Shown here one piece after another: positions 52,486 to 64,000 of a stretch of 64,000 nucleotides of DNA (position 1 is the stretch's first letter; each line of letters begins with the position of its first letter). The position numbers were made by a program, and so were the translations under genes. The stretch comes from an uncultured delta proteobacterium. Its GTDB lineage: Bacteria; Myxococcota_A; Polyangia; Polyangiales; Polyangiaceae. The notes below the pieces were generated by a model, which worked only from the letters and a program-made list of their open reading frames with translations, did no database searches and had not been told where the DNA came from. The stretch spans positions 1,280,001 through 1,344,000 of the forward strand of contig CAWDXG010000004.1 of the NCBI GenBank assembly GCA_963806225.1, written 5' to 3'.

Positions 52486-54384
52486 ATGCCTTCCGACAAC
52501 ACCAATCCGACCGCCAACCCTCCGTCCACCGCTTCCGGCGAAGCAGCGCCCGCCGAGCCCGCGGCGGAAGCCCAGGTTGCGCCCGGAGCCACCACCGAGC
52601 CGGTGACGGCGCCCGAACCCGCGATCGAAGGCGCGACCGCGACCGAATCCGCGACCGAGCCCGAGACCGCGACCGAGCCCGAGACCGCGACCGAGCCCGA
52701 GTCCGCGACCGAGCCCGAGACCGTAGCGGCGACCGAGCCCGCGACCGAAGCCGCGACCGAGCCCGAGACCGCGACCGAGGCCGAGCCCGTAGCGGCGACC
52801 GGGCCCGAGCCCGAAGCCGAGCCCGCGCCCGGAACCGCGACCAGCCCGGCAGAGGCTGCCAGCGAGTCCGAAAGCGCCGACAAGAAGAAGAAGCGCCGCC
52901 GCAAGCGCAAGAAGAAGAAGCCCGCCGATGGCGACCGCGCCGAGGCCGCGCATCGCGGCCAGCGGCCGGCCAACGAGCGCGCGCCCTTCCACATCGGCGA
53001 GGACGTGTTTGGCAAGGTCACTGCCGTGCTGGACGACGCCATCATGGTCGACCTGTCCGGCAAGGCGCTGGCCATCTTCGACCGCGGCGAGATGGAGCCC
53101 GACGATCTGGTGCCGGAGATCGGCGACCGCTTCCTGGCGCACGTCCACAACGACGGCGCCCGCGGCGGCCTCGTCGTGCTCACACGCAAGCCACTGCGCG
53201 AAGAGGACGAGAAGCCGAAGCTCGAGCAGGCGGCCAAGGACGGCACGCTGGTCAAGGGGCTCGTCACCGGCGTCATCAAGGGAGGCGTCGAGGTGGACGT
53301 CGGCGGCGTACGCGCGTTCGCGCCCGCGTCGGGCATGGACCTCCACCCGGCCAACGCGAACTTCGCGTCGCTGCTCGGCCAACGCATGGAGTTCAAGGTC
53401 GTCCAGTTCAAGCCCGGCGGCCGCGATGTCGTGGTCACGCGCCGTCCCATGCTCGAGGCGGAAGCCCACGAGCGCCGCAAGCAGGCGCTGTCGCTGCTGA
53501 CCGAGGGTCAGGTGATGAAGGGCACCGTCCGCACCGTGGTGGACTGGGGCGCGTTCGTCGCCCTGCCCGAGGCAGAAAACCTCGAGGGCCTCGTCCACGT
53601 CTCCGAAGCCAGCCACGACCCGCGCGCGCGGATGGCCGAGCTGTTCAAGCCCGGCGACCAGATCGAGGTCAAGATCACCAAGATCGACGACAAGGGGAAG
53701 ATCTGGCTCAGCAGGAAGGCGCTGATCGAGGATCCCTGGGCGGAGGCCAAGGAGAAGTACGCCCCGGGCACCCGCCACAAGGGCAAGGTCACGCACCTGG
53801 AGAACTTCGGCGCCTTCGTCGAGCTCGAGCCAGGCATGGACGGCCTTCTGCACATCACGGATCTGTCTCTGCAGCGCATCGAGCATCCGAGCGAGCTCTT
53901 GAGCGAGGGGCAGGAGATCGAAGTCGTCATCAACCGTTTCGACCTCGAGAGCAAGAAGCTCTCGCTGCACCCCGCACCACCGCCCGAGCAGGCCGACGAA
54001 CCCCGTCAGAAGGTCGCGAAGAACGCCCGCGTCCAGGTCGAGGTGGTCAAGGCCGAAGGCACCGCCGGGCTCATCGTGCGGCTGCTCGGAGTGACCGGGC
54101 GCGCGGCGCGCGGCTTCATTCCGTCCGGGCAGACGGGCACGTCGCGCGGCACCGATCTGCGCAAGGCCTTCAAAGCGGGCACCCGGCTCGAGGCGAAGAT
54201 CATCGACGTGGATCCGCGCCGCCACGAGCCCAAGCTCAGCATCCGCGCGCTCAAGGAAGACGAGGAGCGCGCCGCCCACCGCGAATACCGGAAGGCGCTG
54301 CAGCAGGAGGGCGGCTTCGGCACGCTCGGCGATCTTCTGAAGAAGAAGCTCGGCGTAGGCAGCGAGGGCTCGAAAGAGTCCTGA
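52486..54384 (+). CDS. S1 RNA-binding repeat protein (ribosomal protein S1 paralog) with acidic repeat N-terminus
   Basis: Five S1-like domains (e.g. DWGAFV, NFGAFVEL, DGLLHITDL); GFGTLGDLL tail; ATEPET repeats then KKKKRRRKRKKKK. Confidence 0.85.
   Translation: MPSDNTNPTANPPSTASGEAAPAEPAAEAQVAPGATTEPVTAPEPAIEGATATESATEPETATEPETATEPESATEPETVAATEPATEAATEPETATEAEPVAATGPEPEAEPAPGTATSPAEAASESESADKKKKRRRKRKKKKPADGDRAEAAHRGQRPANERAPFHIGEDVFGKVTAVLDDAIMVDLSGKALAIFDRGEMEPDDLVPEIGDRFLAHVHNDGARGGLVVLTRKPLREEDEKPKLEQAAKDGTLVKGLVTGVIKGGVEVDVGGVRAFAPASGMDLHPANANFASLLGQRMEFKVVQFKPGGRDVVVTRRPMLEAEAHERRKQALSLLTEGQVMKGTVRTVVDWGAFVALPEAENLEGLVHVSEASHDPRARMAELFKPGDQIEVKITKIDDKGKIWLSRKALIEDPWAEAKEKYAPGTRHKGKVTHLENFGAFVELEPGMDGLLHITDLSLQRIEHPSELLSEGQEIEVVINRFDLESKKLSLHPAPPPEQADEPRQKVAKNARVQVEVVKAEGTAGLIVRLLGVTGRAARGFIPSGQTGTSRGTDLRKAFKAGTRLEAKIIDVDPRRHEPKLSIRALKEDEERAAHREYRKALQQEGGFGTLGDLLKKKLGVGSEGSKES
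52639..52790. repeat. Imperfect 18-bp coding repeats (ATEPET)
   Basis: GCGACCGAGCCCGAGACC repeated with variants. Confidence 0.85.
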
Positions 54385-54391
54385 GCCCCAC

Positions 54392-55619
54392 CTACTCGCG
54401 GCGCAGCGCCTGGATCGGGTCCAGGCGCGCGGCACGACGGGCCGGCACGAAGCCGAACGCGACGCCGACCACGGTGCTGGTCAGGAGCGCCACCGCGAGC
54501 GCGCGCGGTGAAACCGCCATCGACCAGCCGAGCGCATGCGCCAGAGCCGCGATCGTTCCGATCGCGAGCAGTGCGCCCGCGATGCCGCCCGCCACCGCGA
54601 GCACCACGGCCTCGACCAGGAACTGCAGCATGATGTCCGCCTCGCGCGCGCCGATCGCCATGCGGATGCCGATCTCGCGGGTCCTCTCGGCGACGGATAC
54701 CAGCATGATGTTCATCACGCCGATGCCGCCGACCACGAGGCTCACCGCGGCAATCCCGAGCAGCAGCATGCTCAAGACGCCCATGATCTGCTGCTGCGCC
54801 TTCCGGAAGTCCTCCTGGCTGCGGATCCTGAAGTCGTTCTCGGCGCCTTCCGCCAGGTGATGGCGCTGGCGCAGGATGGCGGTAGCCTCGCGCTTGACCC
54901 GGGCCGACAGCTCCGGCCGCGCTGCGCTGAGCAGGATGCGGGACACCTGCCCCGGCCGTGTCGGCTGGAGCCGCGCGCGCATCGTCGCGGTCGGCATGGC
55001 GATGACATTGTCCTGGTCCTGCCCGAACGGGCTCTGGCCCTTTTCATCGAGCAGACCGACGACCATGAACGGATAGCGGCCGATGCGCACGGTATGGCCG
55101 ACCGGGTCCTCGCCGTGGAAGAGCTCGTCCTTCACGGTGGTGCCGACAACGACGACCTTCTCGCCGATGTTCTCCGCGCCCGCCGCCCAGAGGCTGCCGC
55201 TGTGCACCTTCCAGGCGCGCGCCTTGAAGAAGTCCCGCGTGGTGCCGATGACCTGCACGGTCGTGTTGGAGTCGCGCCACGCGACCTGCGAGAAGCCCGT
55301 GAGCAGCGGGGCCGCTGCTGTCACGCCGTGCGCCTCGCGTGCCAGTGCCGCGGCATCTCCCTCGGTCAGGAGCGGCGGCGACGACTCGTCGCGGATGCCG
55401 CTCTGCTGCGTCTCGCGCGGGATCACGATCAGCGCGTTTTCACCCAGGCTGTCGATGCGGCCGGACACGGCCTTGGTGGCCCCCTCCCCCAGCGCCACGA
55501 CAATCGTCACCGCTGCGACGCCGATCAGGATCCCGAACGCCGTCAGGACGCCCCTGAGCGCATTGCGCCGGAGCGCGCCCAGCGCCACCAGGAGCGCCGT
55601 CCACAGGAACCTGAGCGTC

Positions 55620-55627
<8 letters not shown>
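54392..55627 (-). CDS. MacB-type ABC transporter permease
   Basis: VGGIGVMNIMLVSVAERTREIGIRMAIGA; PARRAARLDPIQALRRE. Confidence 0.93.
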
Positions 55628-56839
<1,212 letters not shown>

Positions 56840-56843
<4 letters not shown>

Positions 56844-57614
56844 GGCCCGGGCCCGGGCAGCATCGCCGCGTCCACCGCGCCATGCGGCATGGCGGCCCAG
56901 GTCGCGGCGTCCAGAGGTTCGCGGTTCAGCTCGTCGCGCTCGATGCGGCCGTCGCGCATGGTCACGATCCGCGAGGCGCAGGCGGCGATGTCCGCTTCGT
57001 GGGTGACCAGCACGATCGTGATGCCGCTTTCCCGGACGAGGTTCTGCAGCAGCGCGAGCACTTCGTGGCTGGTGCGGGTGTCGAGATTGCCGGTCGGCTC
57101 GTCCGCGAGCAGCAGCGGGCGGCTGGGTCACCAGCGCGCGCGCGATCGCCACGCGCTGCTGCTGGCCGCCGGAAAGCTGCGCGGGGGTGTGGCCGGCGCG
57201 CTCGGCGAGCCCCACCTGCTCGAGCGCGTGGCGGGCCTGGCGGCGGCGCTGGCGCGCGCTCACGCCCCGGTAGACCAGCGGCAGCTCGACGTTCTCGAGC
57301 GCGGTGGTGCGGGGCAACAGGTTGAAGCCCTGGAACACGAAGCCGATCAGCCGATTGCGCACGATGGCGCGCGCATCCGCCGTCCGCCGTGTCACGTCGA
57401 CGCCCGCCAGCCGGTACGTTCCGCGCGTCGGCCGATCCAGGCAGCCGAGGATGTTCATCAGCGTGCTCTTGCCCGAGCCGCTCGCGCCGATGATCGCGAC
57501 GAACTCGCCGCTCCGCACGGCAAGGTCCACGCCTATCAGCGCATGCACCACTTCCGGCCCGCTGAGGTAGTCCTTGCCGACCTGCTCGATATCGATGAGC
57601 GGCCTGTCGCTCAT
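56840..57614 (-). CDS. ABC transporter ATP-binding subunit (frameshift near 57116)
   Basis: [35 protein letters not shown] and VTHE continue in the next frame. Confidence 0.92.
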
Positions 57615-57634
57615 GGTTCCATCCCCGATCCCCG

Positions 57635-58928
57635 CTAGAAGATCCGGAACCCCTTCTTCTTGTTCTCGCGCTGGTCGGTGATGACCAGGTCGCCGACCTT
57701 CATTTTCGACTTGTCGAGCTCCGTCCAGATGCCGTCGGTGATGCCGAGATCCACGACCTTCTCGCGGTACTTCTCCTGGCCCGGCGGGCCGCCTGCGGGC
57801 AGGTAGAGCCGCCCCTGGCCGGGCTTGATAGTGGTCTTCGGTTTGACCGACTTCTCCTTGCCGTCCTTGTCCTCTTCCGGGAGCGGCTTGAAGCGCAGCG
57901 CAGCGTTGCGCACGGCGATCACGTGGTGCGCCTCGCGCGTGCGGATGCTCACCGTCGCCGTCATGCCCGGGCGGAGCTTGATCTCGGGGTTGTCGACGTC
58001 GACGACCGCCGAGTAAGTCACCACGCCCTGGACGGTGTTCGGGCTGTAGCGCACCTGCGTCACACGCCCCTTGAACGTCTCGCCGGGAAACGCGTCGACG
58101 ACCACGTCGGCCTTCATGCCCTCCTTCAGCTTGCCGACGTCCGCCTCGTCGATGTCCGCGAGCACCTGCATCTTGGACAGATCCTGCGCGATCACGAACA
58201 GCACGGGCGCGGCAAAGCTGGCGGCGACGGTCTGCCCCGGATCGACGGCGCGGTTGATCACGACTGCCGTCGATGGGTGAAAAGATGCGCGTGTAGGCGA
58301 GCGTGGTGCGCGCGCTGGAGAGCTGCGCGCGGAGCTGGGAGATCTGCGCCTGGGAGGACGCGACGTCGGCCTCGGCGACGTCGTACGCTCCCTGGGCCTG
58401 GTCGACCTGCGCCTGCGACGTGAGGTTCTCCGCGAGCAGGCTCTTCTGCCGCCCGAGGGTCGACCTTCGCCGTGGCGAGCTGCGCCTTGGCGCGTTCCAG
58501 GCTCGCCTTGGCCGCCTTGAGCTGTGCGCCGGACTGGCTGACCTGCGCGCCGAACAGGCTGGGGTCGATCTCGGCGAGCAGATCGCCCTTCTTCACCTTG
58601 CTGTTGAAGTCGACCTTGACGTCGACGATGCGCCCGGACACCTGCGCGCCGACCTGCACCTCGGTCAGCGGCTTGACGGTGCCGGTGGACTCGACCTGTT
58701 CGACGATGTCGCGCGTCTCGATCTTCTGCGTCGTGAAGCGCGGCGGCGGCGGCGGCCGCGTCGCGCGTCGCCACACGACCAGACCGCCCACGAGCCCGCC
58801 AGCACCGCCAGCACCGAGAGCCGCCGGAGCCAGCGCCGCCCGCCCTGCGCCTGGAGCTCCTTCTCCAGGTCGCGCACGGCGTCGGTGACGAGGCCCGGTT
58901 CGGTGCCGTTTCCGTTTTCGTTCTGCAT
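57635..58928 (-). CDS. MacA-like efflux periplasmic adaptor (several frameshifts)
   Basis: TGTVKPLTEVQVGAQVSG, GQTVAASFAAPVLF, DEADVG, LRPGMTA. Confidence 0.9.
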
Positions 58929-59317
58929 GGGTGCTGCGGATGCCTTCCCGGTACGGAACTCCGGAGCCTGGGCCAGGCTTCCCGAACCGCGGCGTAGACT
59001 ACACGCTTGCGCGCGGGAGGGCAGCGCCGGGGAATCCAGTGTCGACAGAGTGGAGGATGGTGCCAGGCGTGATGCATCCGCCAAGCCCCGGACGCCCGGA
59101 GCGGTGCAGAAAGCGCCGCAGGGATCCGCTCGGGAGCGAGCCGGAAAACCCTGGAAATCCCGGGAGTTGACCCCGGGCGACGCAGAGCGTCGAAGCGAGC
59201 CCAATGCCGCGCTCCGCCTCGATTGTCCAACCTGGCAGTGATGAACTATGGTCACCGGCCGCGGGAGGCTCTGCCCGACCTGGCAAGGCACAGCGCCCTC
59301 CACAAGCGCGGACCGGA

Positions 59318-59907
59318 ATGCCCGACAAGAGCGATCGCGAGTTGGTGGACGCCGCCCGGAAGGGCGATGCGAAGGCGTTCGGTGTCCTGGTCCGGCGCTA
59401 CCAGAAGCGCATCTACCGGCTGGCTGCCCACCTGCTGCGCGACAGCCGCGGAAGCCGAGGACGTGACGCAGGACACCTTCGTGCGCGCCTACGGGGCGCT
59501 GGATCGCTTCGACGGACGGAGCGCTCCGTTCACGTGGTTCTACCGGATCGCGGTCAACCTCTCGCTCAACGCCATCCGCTCGCGGAAGAACAAGCGCACC
59601 TCGACCACGCCCGACGATCCGCGCATCGAGGGCACGCTGGTGGAGCGGAGCGCGGCTCGTTCCAATCCGGGTGTGCTCGACAGCCGATCGCGAGTTGGCG
59701 AAGGCGGTCAGCGAGGGCATCGACGATCTGAGCGAGACGCTGCGCACGACGTTGGTGATGGTCAGCATCGACGGGCTGAGCCACGCAGAGGCTGCCGAAG
59801 TGCTCGGCTGCCCGGAGGGCACCGTCGCCTGGCGGGTCCACGAAGCCCGCAAGAAGCTGCGTGCCTACCTGGAAAAGCGCGGCTACCACCGAAAAGGAAA
59901 CGAGTGA
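59318..59907 (+). CDS. ECF sigma factor (frameshifts near 59445 and 59675)
   Basis: DRELV...AFGVLVRRYQ, AEDVTQDTF, FTWFYRIAVN, GLSHAEAAEVLGCPEGTVAWRVHEAR. Confidence 0.9.
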
Positions 59908-61130
59908 TGAGCTCATCCGATCACGACGAGTCGAGACTGCCCGAACGGGTCGAGTCGCTGCTTGTCGACTGGCCGGTGCGCGAGGACCCGGCGTTCGAGG
60001 AGCGGAGCGCTGAAGCAATCCAGGCGCGCCTGGCGGAAGTCGAGGCCGGTTCAACGGAGGACGAGCTGCTTGCCGCACCGCTGCCGGCGAGCAACGACGA
60101 AGGCACGCTCGCGGCGGACAGCCACGACAGCGCGCCGGAAAGCGCTCCGCCCCGCCGGAGCGCGCCGCCGGCGCCGGAGAGCGCTCCGCCCCGCAGCCTG
60201 GCGGAGATGGCCCGCGCCAGCGTGGCCGGGTCGTCGAAGGCTCCCGACGAGCTGTCCGACATCGCGCGCGAGTCGCTGGCGGTGGCGTCGCGCTCGCGCA
60301 CCAGTGCTCCGGACATCGCGGCCATGCTCGCGTCCCGCCCTTCGCGCCCCTCGGTCCCACCGGCGAGCGCGCCGGAGCCGGCGTCCAACGCCGACGAGAG
60401 CGCCCGGGCGTCGCAGAATGCGCCGGCGGCGAAGCGCCGGAGCAGCGGACCGCTGGTGGCAGCTGGTGTCGCGCTGGTTGGAATCGCCGCCGCGGTGCTG
60501 CTCCTCGTGCGCGGACACGACCAGCCCACGCCGCTCGCGACCAATCCCGACACGCAGCAGCCCGCGGCGGCGGCTGCGCCGGCCGCATCGACGGCGCCGG
60601 CCGCGACGGCGGCCCAGCAGGGCGAGAAGGGCGTGTTGTCGCTCGACCAGCTGCCGAACGGCGAGCTGGCGGCGGCGGACAAGCCCCAGGCGGCGTCGGC
60701 CGGCGCCCCGGGCGCGCCGCGCGCCCCGGCGCACGCAGCGCGCGCCAAGCCGGAAAACAAGGCGGAAGCGAAGCAGCAGCCCGCCAACGACCAGGACAAG
60801 AAGGAACCGGCGGAGGAAAAGCCCATCGCCGGCATGAAGCCCGCCGAGGGAACGACGAACGGCCTGCCCGACAAGCCCACGACCGGGCAGGTGGCCGTCG
60901 CGGTCGGCGCCGTGCTGGGCTCGGCCCGCGCCTGCGTGGCAGGCCAGGATCAGCCCTCCCGGGCGGTCATCGTCTTCGGCTCGAACGGCCGGGTGAAGAG
61001 CGTCTCGGTCTCCGGACCCGCAGCCGGAACGCCCGCAGCGGGCTGCATCCGTGCGGCCCTGTCCCAGGCGCGGGTCCAGCCGTTCGCCCGGAGCCAGTTC
61101 TCGGTGGGCACGCCCATCCGGCCGCAGTAA
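59907..61130 (+). CDS. Bitopic membrane protein, probable anti-sigma factor, with TonB-C/AgmX-like C-terminal domain
   Basis: Overlaps the sigma stop codon; acidic N-terminus, one TM, Pro/Ala linker, ARAC...FGSNGRVKSVSV...AGCIRAAL...VQPF. Confidence 0.65.
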   Translation: MSSSDHDESRLPERVESLLVDWPVREDPAFEERSAEAIQARLAEVEAGSTEDELLAAPLPASNDEGTLAADSHDSAPESAPPRRSAPPAPESAPPRSLAEMARASVAGSSKAPDELSDIARESLAVASRSRTSAPDIAAMLASRPSRPSVPPASAPEPASNADESARASQNAPAAKRRSSGPLVAAGVALVGIAAAVLLLVRGHDQPTPLATNPDTQQPAAAAAPAASTAPAATAAQQGEKGVLSLDQLPNGELAAADKPQAASAGAPGAPRAPAHAARAKPENKAEAKQQPANDQDKKEPAEEKPIAGMKPAEGTTNGLPDKPTTGQVAVAVGAVLGSARACVAGQDQPSRAVIVFGSNGRVKSVSVSGPAAGTPAAGCIRAALSQARVQPFARSQFSVGTPIRPQ

Positions 61131-61159
61131 TCGACTGCCCCGGCCGGAGCGGGCCCGCG

Positions 61160-61188
61160 TTGACAAGCCAGGGCGATTCGCTCATATT
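61160..61188 (+). promoter_or_regulatory. Sigma70 promoter for the small ORF-rpsT unit
   Basis: TTGACA(61160-65)-17bp-CATATT(61183-88). Confidence 0.65.
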
Positions 61189-61234
61189 CCCGGCCCCCTG
61201 CGCGGCCCCGCGCGTTCGATTGAAGGAAATCCAC

Positions 61235-61408
61235 ATGGTTTCGTCCACCAAGCAGACCGAGAAGCGCCGCAGCATGCGGCACTCCAAGGCCGGCCGGCAC
61301 GACAAGCGCAAGAGGGTGCGCCAGGGCACTCCCGCATTCCCGATCCACCCCGAGGGCTACGACCCGAAGGCTCCCGACGCGCGCCGTTCCGACGAAAGCG
61401 CCGACTGA
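61235..61408 (+). CDS. Small basic protein (57 aa) upstream of rpsT
   Basis: AAGGA RBS; MVSSTKQTEKRRSMRHSKAGRHDKRKRVRQGTPAFPIHPEGYDPKAPDARRSDESAD; strong GC3 codon bias. Confidence 0.75.
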   Translation: MVSSTKQTEKRRSMRHSKAGRHDKRKRVRQGTPAFPIHPEGYDPKAPDARRSDESAD

Positions 61409-61428
61409 CCCACGAGATAGGATCCGAC

Positions 61429-61689
61429 ATGGCGAACCACGCGTCAGCAGAGAAGCGTAACCGGCAGCGGCTCGTCCGCACCGAGCGCAACAAGGCAGTC
61501 CGGAGCTCCGTCCGCACGGCGGTCAAGAAGGCACGCTCGGCGCTCGCAGCCGGCGACAGCGCTGCCAAGGACAAGGTCGCGGAGGCCAGCCGCGAGCTGG
61601 CGAAAGCCGCGAAGAAGGGCGTGCTGCACCCGCGGACGGCGTCGCGCACGACCGCCCGCATCCAGCACGCGCTCGCGAAGCAGGGCTGA
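61429..61689 (+). CDS. rpsT: 30S ribosomal protein S20
   Basis: MANHASAEKRNRQ...RNKAVRSSVRTAVKK...KAAKKGVLHPRTASR. Confidence 0.96.
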   Translation: MANHASAEKRNRQRLVRTERNKAVRSSVRTAVKKARSALAAGDSAAKDKVAEASRELAKAAKKGVLHPRTASRTTARIQHALAKQG

Positions 61690-61767
61690 GGGCGCGGCTG
61701 CGGCGCGCCGAAGGCGGCGTGCTACGATGCCTGGCGCGCGGGACGGGGTTCCGCGCCAGGCTGACGG

Positions 61768-63177
61768 ATGAGCCGCCCGGACCCAGATCCCGATCCCCTG
61801 CTCGGCACGACCGTCTGGGACAAATACCGCGTTGATCGTCTGATCGGCCGCGGCGGGATGGGCGCCGTCTACCAGGCCACCAACACGGGCATCGAAAAGC
61901 GCGTCGCGCTCAAGTTCCTCGACCGCGACGCCGCCCGCGACCTGGACGCCGTGGCACGCTTCCAGCGCGAGGCCCAGGCCGCCAGCGCGGTCGAGAGCGC
62001 TCACATCGTGCAGATCTTCGACGCCGGGCGCTCCGAGGCGGACCGCCCGTTCCTCGTGATGGAGCTGCTCACGGGCGAGGACCTGCGCGCGCGCCTGCGC
62101 CGCGAAAAGCGCCTGGGCGTGGCCGAGGTCGTGCACATCGCCGGCCAGGTGCTGCGCGCGCTCGACCGCGCCCACGAAGCCGGCATCGTCCACCGCGACC
62201 TCAAACCGGACAACGTGTTCCTGTGCCAGCGCGACGACGATCCGATGTTCGTCAAGATTGTCGACTTCGGCATCTCGAAGGTGGCGCGCAAGACGTCGAA
62301 CGCCGACACGCTCACGCGCCGCGGCACCGTGCTCGGCACCGCGTACTACATGTCCCCGGAGCAGGCGCAGGCCTTCCGCGACATCGACGGGCGCACCGAT
62401 CTGTTCAGCCTCGGTTCCATCATGTTCGAAGCGCTGGCCGGGCGCCCGCCGCACGTCGGCACGGCCTATGAAGCCATCCTGATCGACATCTGCACGAAGG
62501 ACTCGCCGGACGTGCGACAGTTCGCGCCCGAGGTGACGGAGCCGCTGGCGCGGGTGATCGCCCGCGCACTCCAGCGCGATCGCGACCAGCGCTTCCAGTC
62601 CGCCGGCGAGTTCTACGAAGCGCTCGCCGCCGCCGCGCCCGGACTGGTGCGGACGGGGGGACCGAGCGGATCGCGGGACGCGCTGCTGTCGGGCGACGTG
62701 TCTTCCTCGCAGCGCCCCCTCCGTTCCGATCCGGGGGGCGAGGGCCGCGTCGTGACGGTCGAGGGCACGGCCGTCCGCAGCCGAGCCGACGCCCGCACCC
62801 AGACTCGCCGGACGGTCGTCGTGGGGCTGGTCGCCGCGCTAGGCGCCTTTGCGGTGACGGTGCTGCTGATGGCCCGGCATCGGGGCGCCGACCCTGCCGC
62901 CCTGACCCCCGTCCAAGCCAGCGCAGCTGCCGCCCCGGGCGCCAGCGCGGAGCTCGCGGCGTCGGCGCCAGCCCCGGCGCCCTCCGGCAGCAGCGCGTCC
63001 GCCGACGCCGGCGCCGACGCCGCTTCGCGCCTCCCGGCACCGCCGGCCACGCACCGGACCGCGGCCCATGTGCATGCCGTTCCACACGTCACGCACGCGA
63101 AGCCCACGGCCACCGCCCCACCTGAGCATGCGGGCGGCGTGGCCAGCGGGCTGCAGCTCAATACCCAGGGTCCGTAG
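61768..63177 (+). CDS. Membrane Ser/Thr protein kinase
   Basis: GRGGMGAVY, HRDLKPDN, DFG, YMSPE; TM helix; Ala/Pro-rich tail. Confidence 0.93.
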   Translation: MSRPDPDPDPLLGTTVWDKYRVDRLIGRGGMGAVYQATNTGIEKRVALKFLDRDAARDLDAVARFQREAQAASAVESAHIVQIFDAGRSEADRPFLVMELLTGEDLRARLRREKRLGVAEVVHIAGQVLRALDRAHEAGIVHRDLKPDNVFLCQRDDDPMFVKIVDFGISKVARKTSNADTLTRRGTVLGTAYYMSPEQAQAFRDIDGRTDLFSLGSIMFEALAGRPPHVGTAYEAILIDICTKDSPDVRQFAPEVTEPLARVIARALQRDRDQRFQSAGEFYEALAAAAPGLVRTGGPSGSRDALLSGDVSSSQRPLRSDPGGEGRVVTVEGTAVRSRADARTQTRRTVVVGLVAALGAFAVTVLLMARHRGADPAALTPVQASAAAAPGASAELAASAPAPAPSGSSASADAGADAASRLPAPPATHRTAAHVHAVPHVTHAKPTATAPPEHAGGVASGLQLNTQGP

Positions 63178-63294
63178 CGCCTTTCCGTGGCTTTTGCCAC
63201 GGCGGGCGCCCGCTCACGCCTGGCGATCGGCTATGCTCACCGGCGAAATCAGCCGCCCTCCGGGCGTGCGTCTCCCCACCCCCGAACGCCTTTC

Positions 63295-64000
63295 GTGTCT
63301 CGCTTCTGCCGGCTCCTCGCGCTGCTTGCCGCGTCGCTCGTGATCGCACCCGGCACGCGCGCCTTCGCCCAGCCTGCCGCGCCGGCGGCGCCGGCTGGAG
63401 CAGCGTCGCCCGCTTCCTCCGCCAAGCGCGCCGCGAAGCCTCCGGACGAGACCGGCACGCCAGCCAAGCCTGCCGCCGTCCGCCACTTCCGGAACGGGGT
63501 CAAGCTGTACCAGGACAAGAACTACAAGGGTGCGCTGGCCGAGTTCGAGGCCGCCTACCAGCTCAAGCCCGGCGCGTCCTCGCTGCAGAACATCGCTCTG
63601 TGCCTGAAAGCCCTGTTCCGCTACGCCGAGGCCGCCGACACGCTCGAGAAGCTTTTGGCCAGGCACGGCAGCGAGATCGACGACCAGGAGCGCACCGAGG
63701 TCAAGGCAGCCATCGAGGAGCTCAGCTCGCTGGTCGGCTCGATCGACATCCAGGTCGCGCCGCCCGACGCGCGCGTCGGCGTCGACGGCCGCGACGTCGA
63801 CAAGAAGACGCGCCAGAAGTCCATCCGCTTGAACGTCGGTGAGCACACCGTCACCGCCAGCGCGCCCGGCTACGCGGACGCATCGCGCGTGGTCCGGGTC
63901 GCGGGCGGCCAGAAGCACATTCCTGTCGCCATCACGCTGACGCCAACGATGGGCTTCGTGACGGTGAGCATCGACGACCCGGACGCGGCCATCGCGATAG
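63295..64000 (+). CDS. Secreted TPR + PEGA domain protein (runs off the right edge)
   Basis: Hand translation: MSRFCRLLALLAASL...AFAQ; HFRNGVKLYQDKNYKGALAEFEAAYQLKP (TPR); PPDARVGVDG...VGEHTVTASAPGY (PEGA). Confidence 0.85.
   Translation, partial: MSRFCRLLALLAASLVIAPGTRAFAQPAAPAAPAGAASPASSAKRAAKPPDETGTPAKPAAVRHFRNGVKLYQDKNYKGALAEFEAAYQLKPGASSLQNIALCLKALFRYAEAADTLEKLLARHGSEIDDQERTEVKAAIEELSSLVGSIDIQVAPPDARVGVDGRDVDKKTRQKSIRLNVGEHTVTASAPGYADASRVVRVAGGQKHIPVAITLTPTMGFVTVSIDDPDAAIAI

Noticed and set aside
59223..61130. Sigma/anti-sigma fusion (635-aa ORF)
   Set aside because: Frameshift artefact; sigma region 4 is in another frame ending at 59907.

Overview
High-GC (~70%) bacterial chromosomal DNA. 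The gene content (four Hanks-type Ser/Thr kinases, several Cys-rich lipoproteins, TPR/PEGA and TSP3/beta-barrel proteins, a TIGR04551-like OM protein) points to Myxococcota, probably Polyangiales. The backbone is housekeeping: tRNA-Gly, relA/spoT, hemW, trmFO, topA, dprA, murB, alaS, rnhA, Mrp/ApbC, an S1 paralog, rpsT and a MacAB-type exporter. No prophage, IS or CRISPR is visible. Many core genes carry +1 frameshifts that look like both alleles of a SNP written into the consensus, so I treat them as assembly artefacts rather than pseudogenes. The strongest leads are: (1) a 43.3-50.0 kb module in which two CxxC thioredoxin-fold lipoproteins and a CxxxxC-tailed OM beta-barrel share overlapping divergent promoters with two extremely Cys-rich lipoproteins, a candidate cell-surface disulfide folding/export system; (2) a minus-strand run of macrodomain, HARE-HTH/dead-Mrr protein and a metal-site-degenerate ureohydrolase with a histone-H1-like tail; (3) a 57-aa basic ORF placed first in the rpsT transcript; (4) Z-DNA-prone tracts inside dprA upstream of topA. 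Family assignments are from motif recognition by eye, not database searches.
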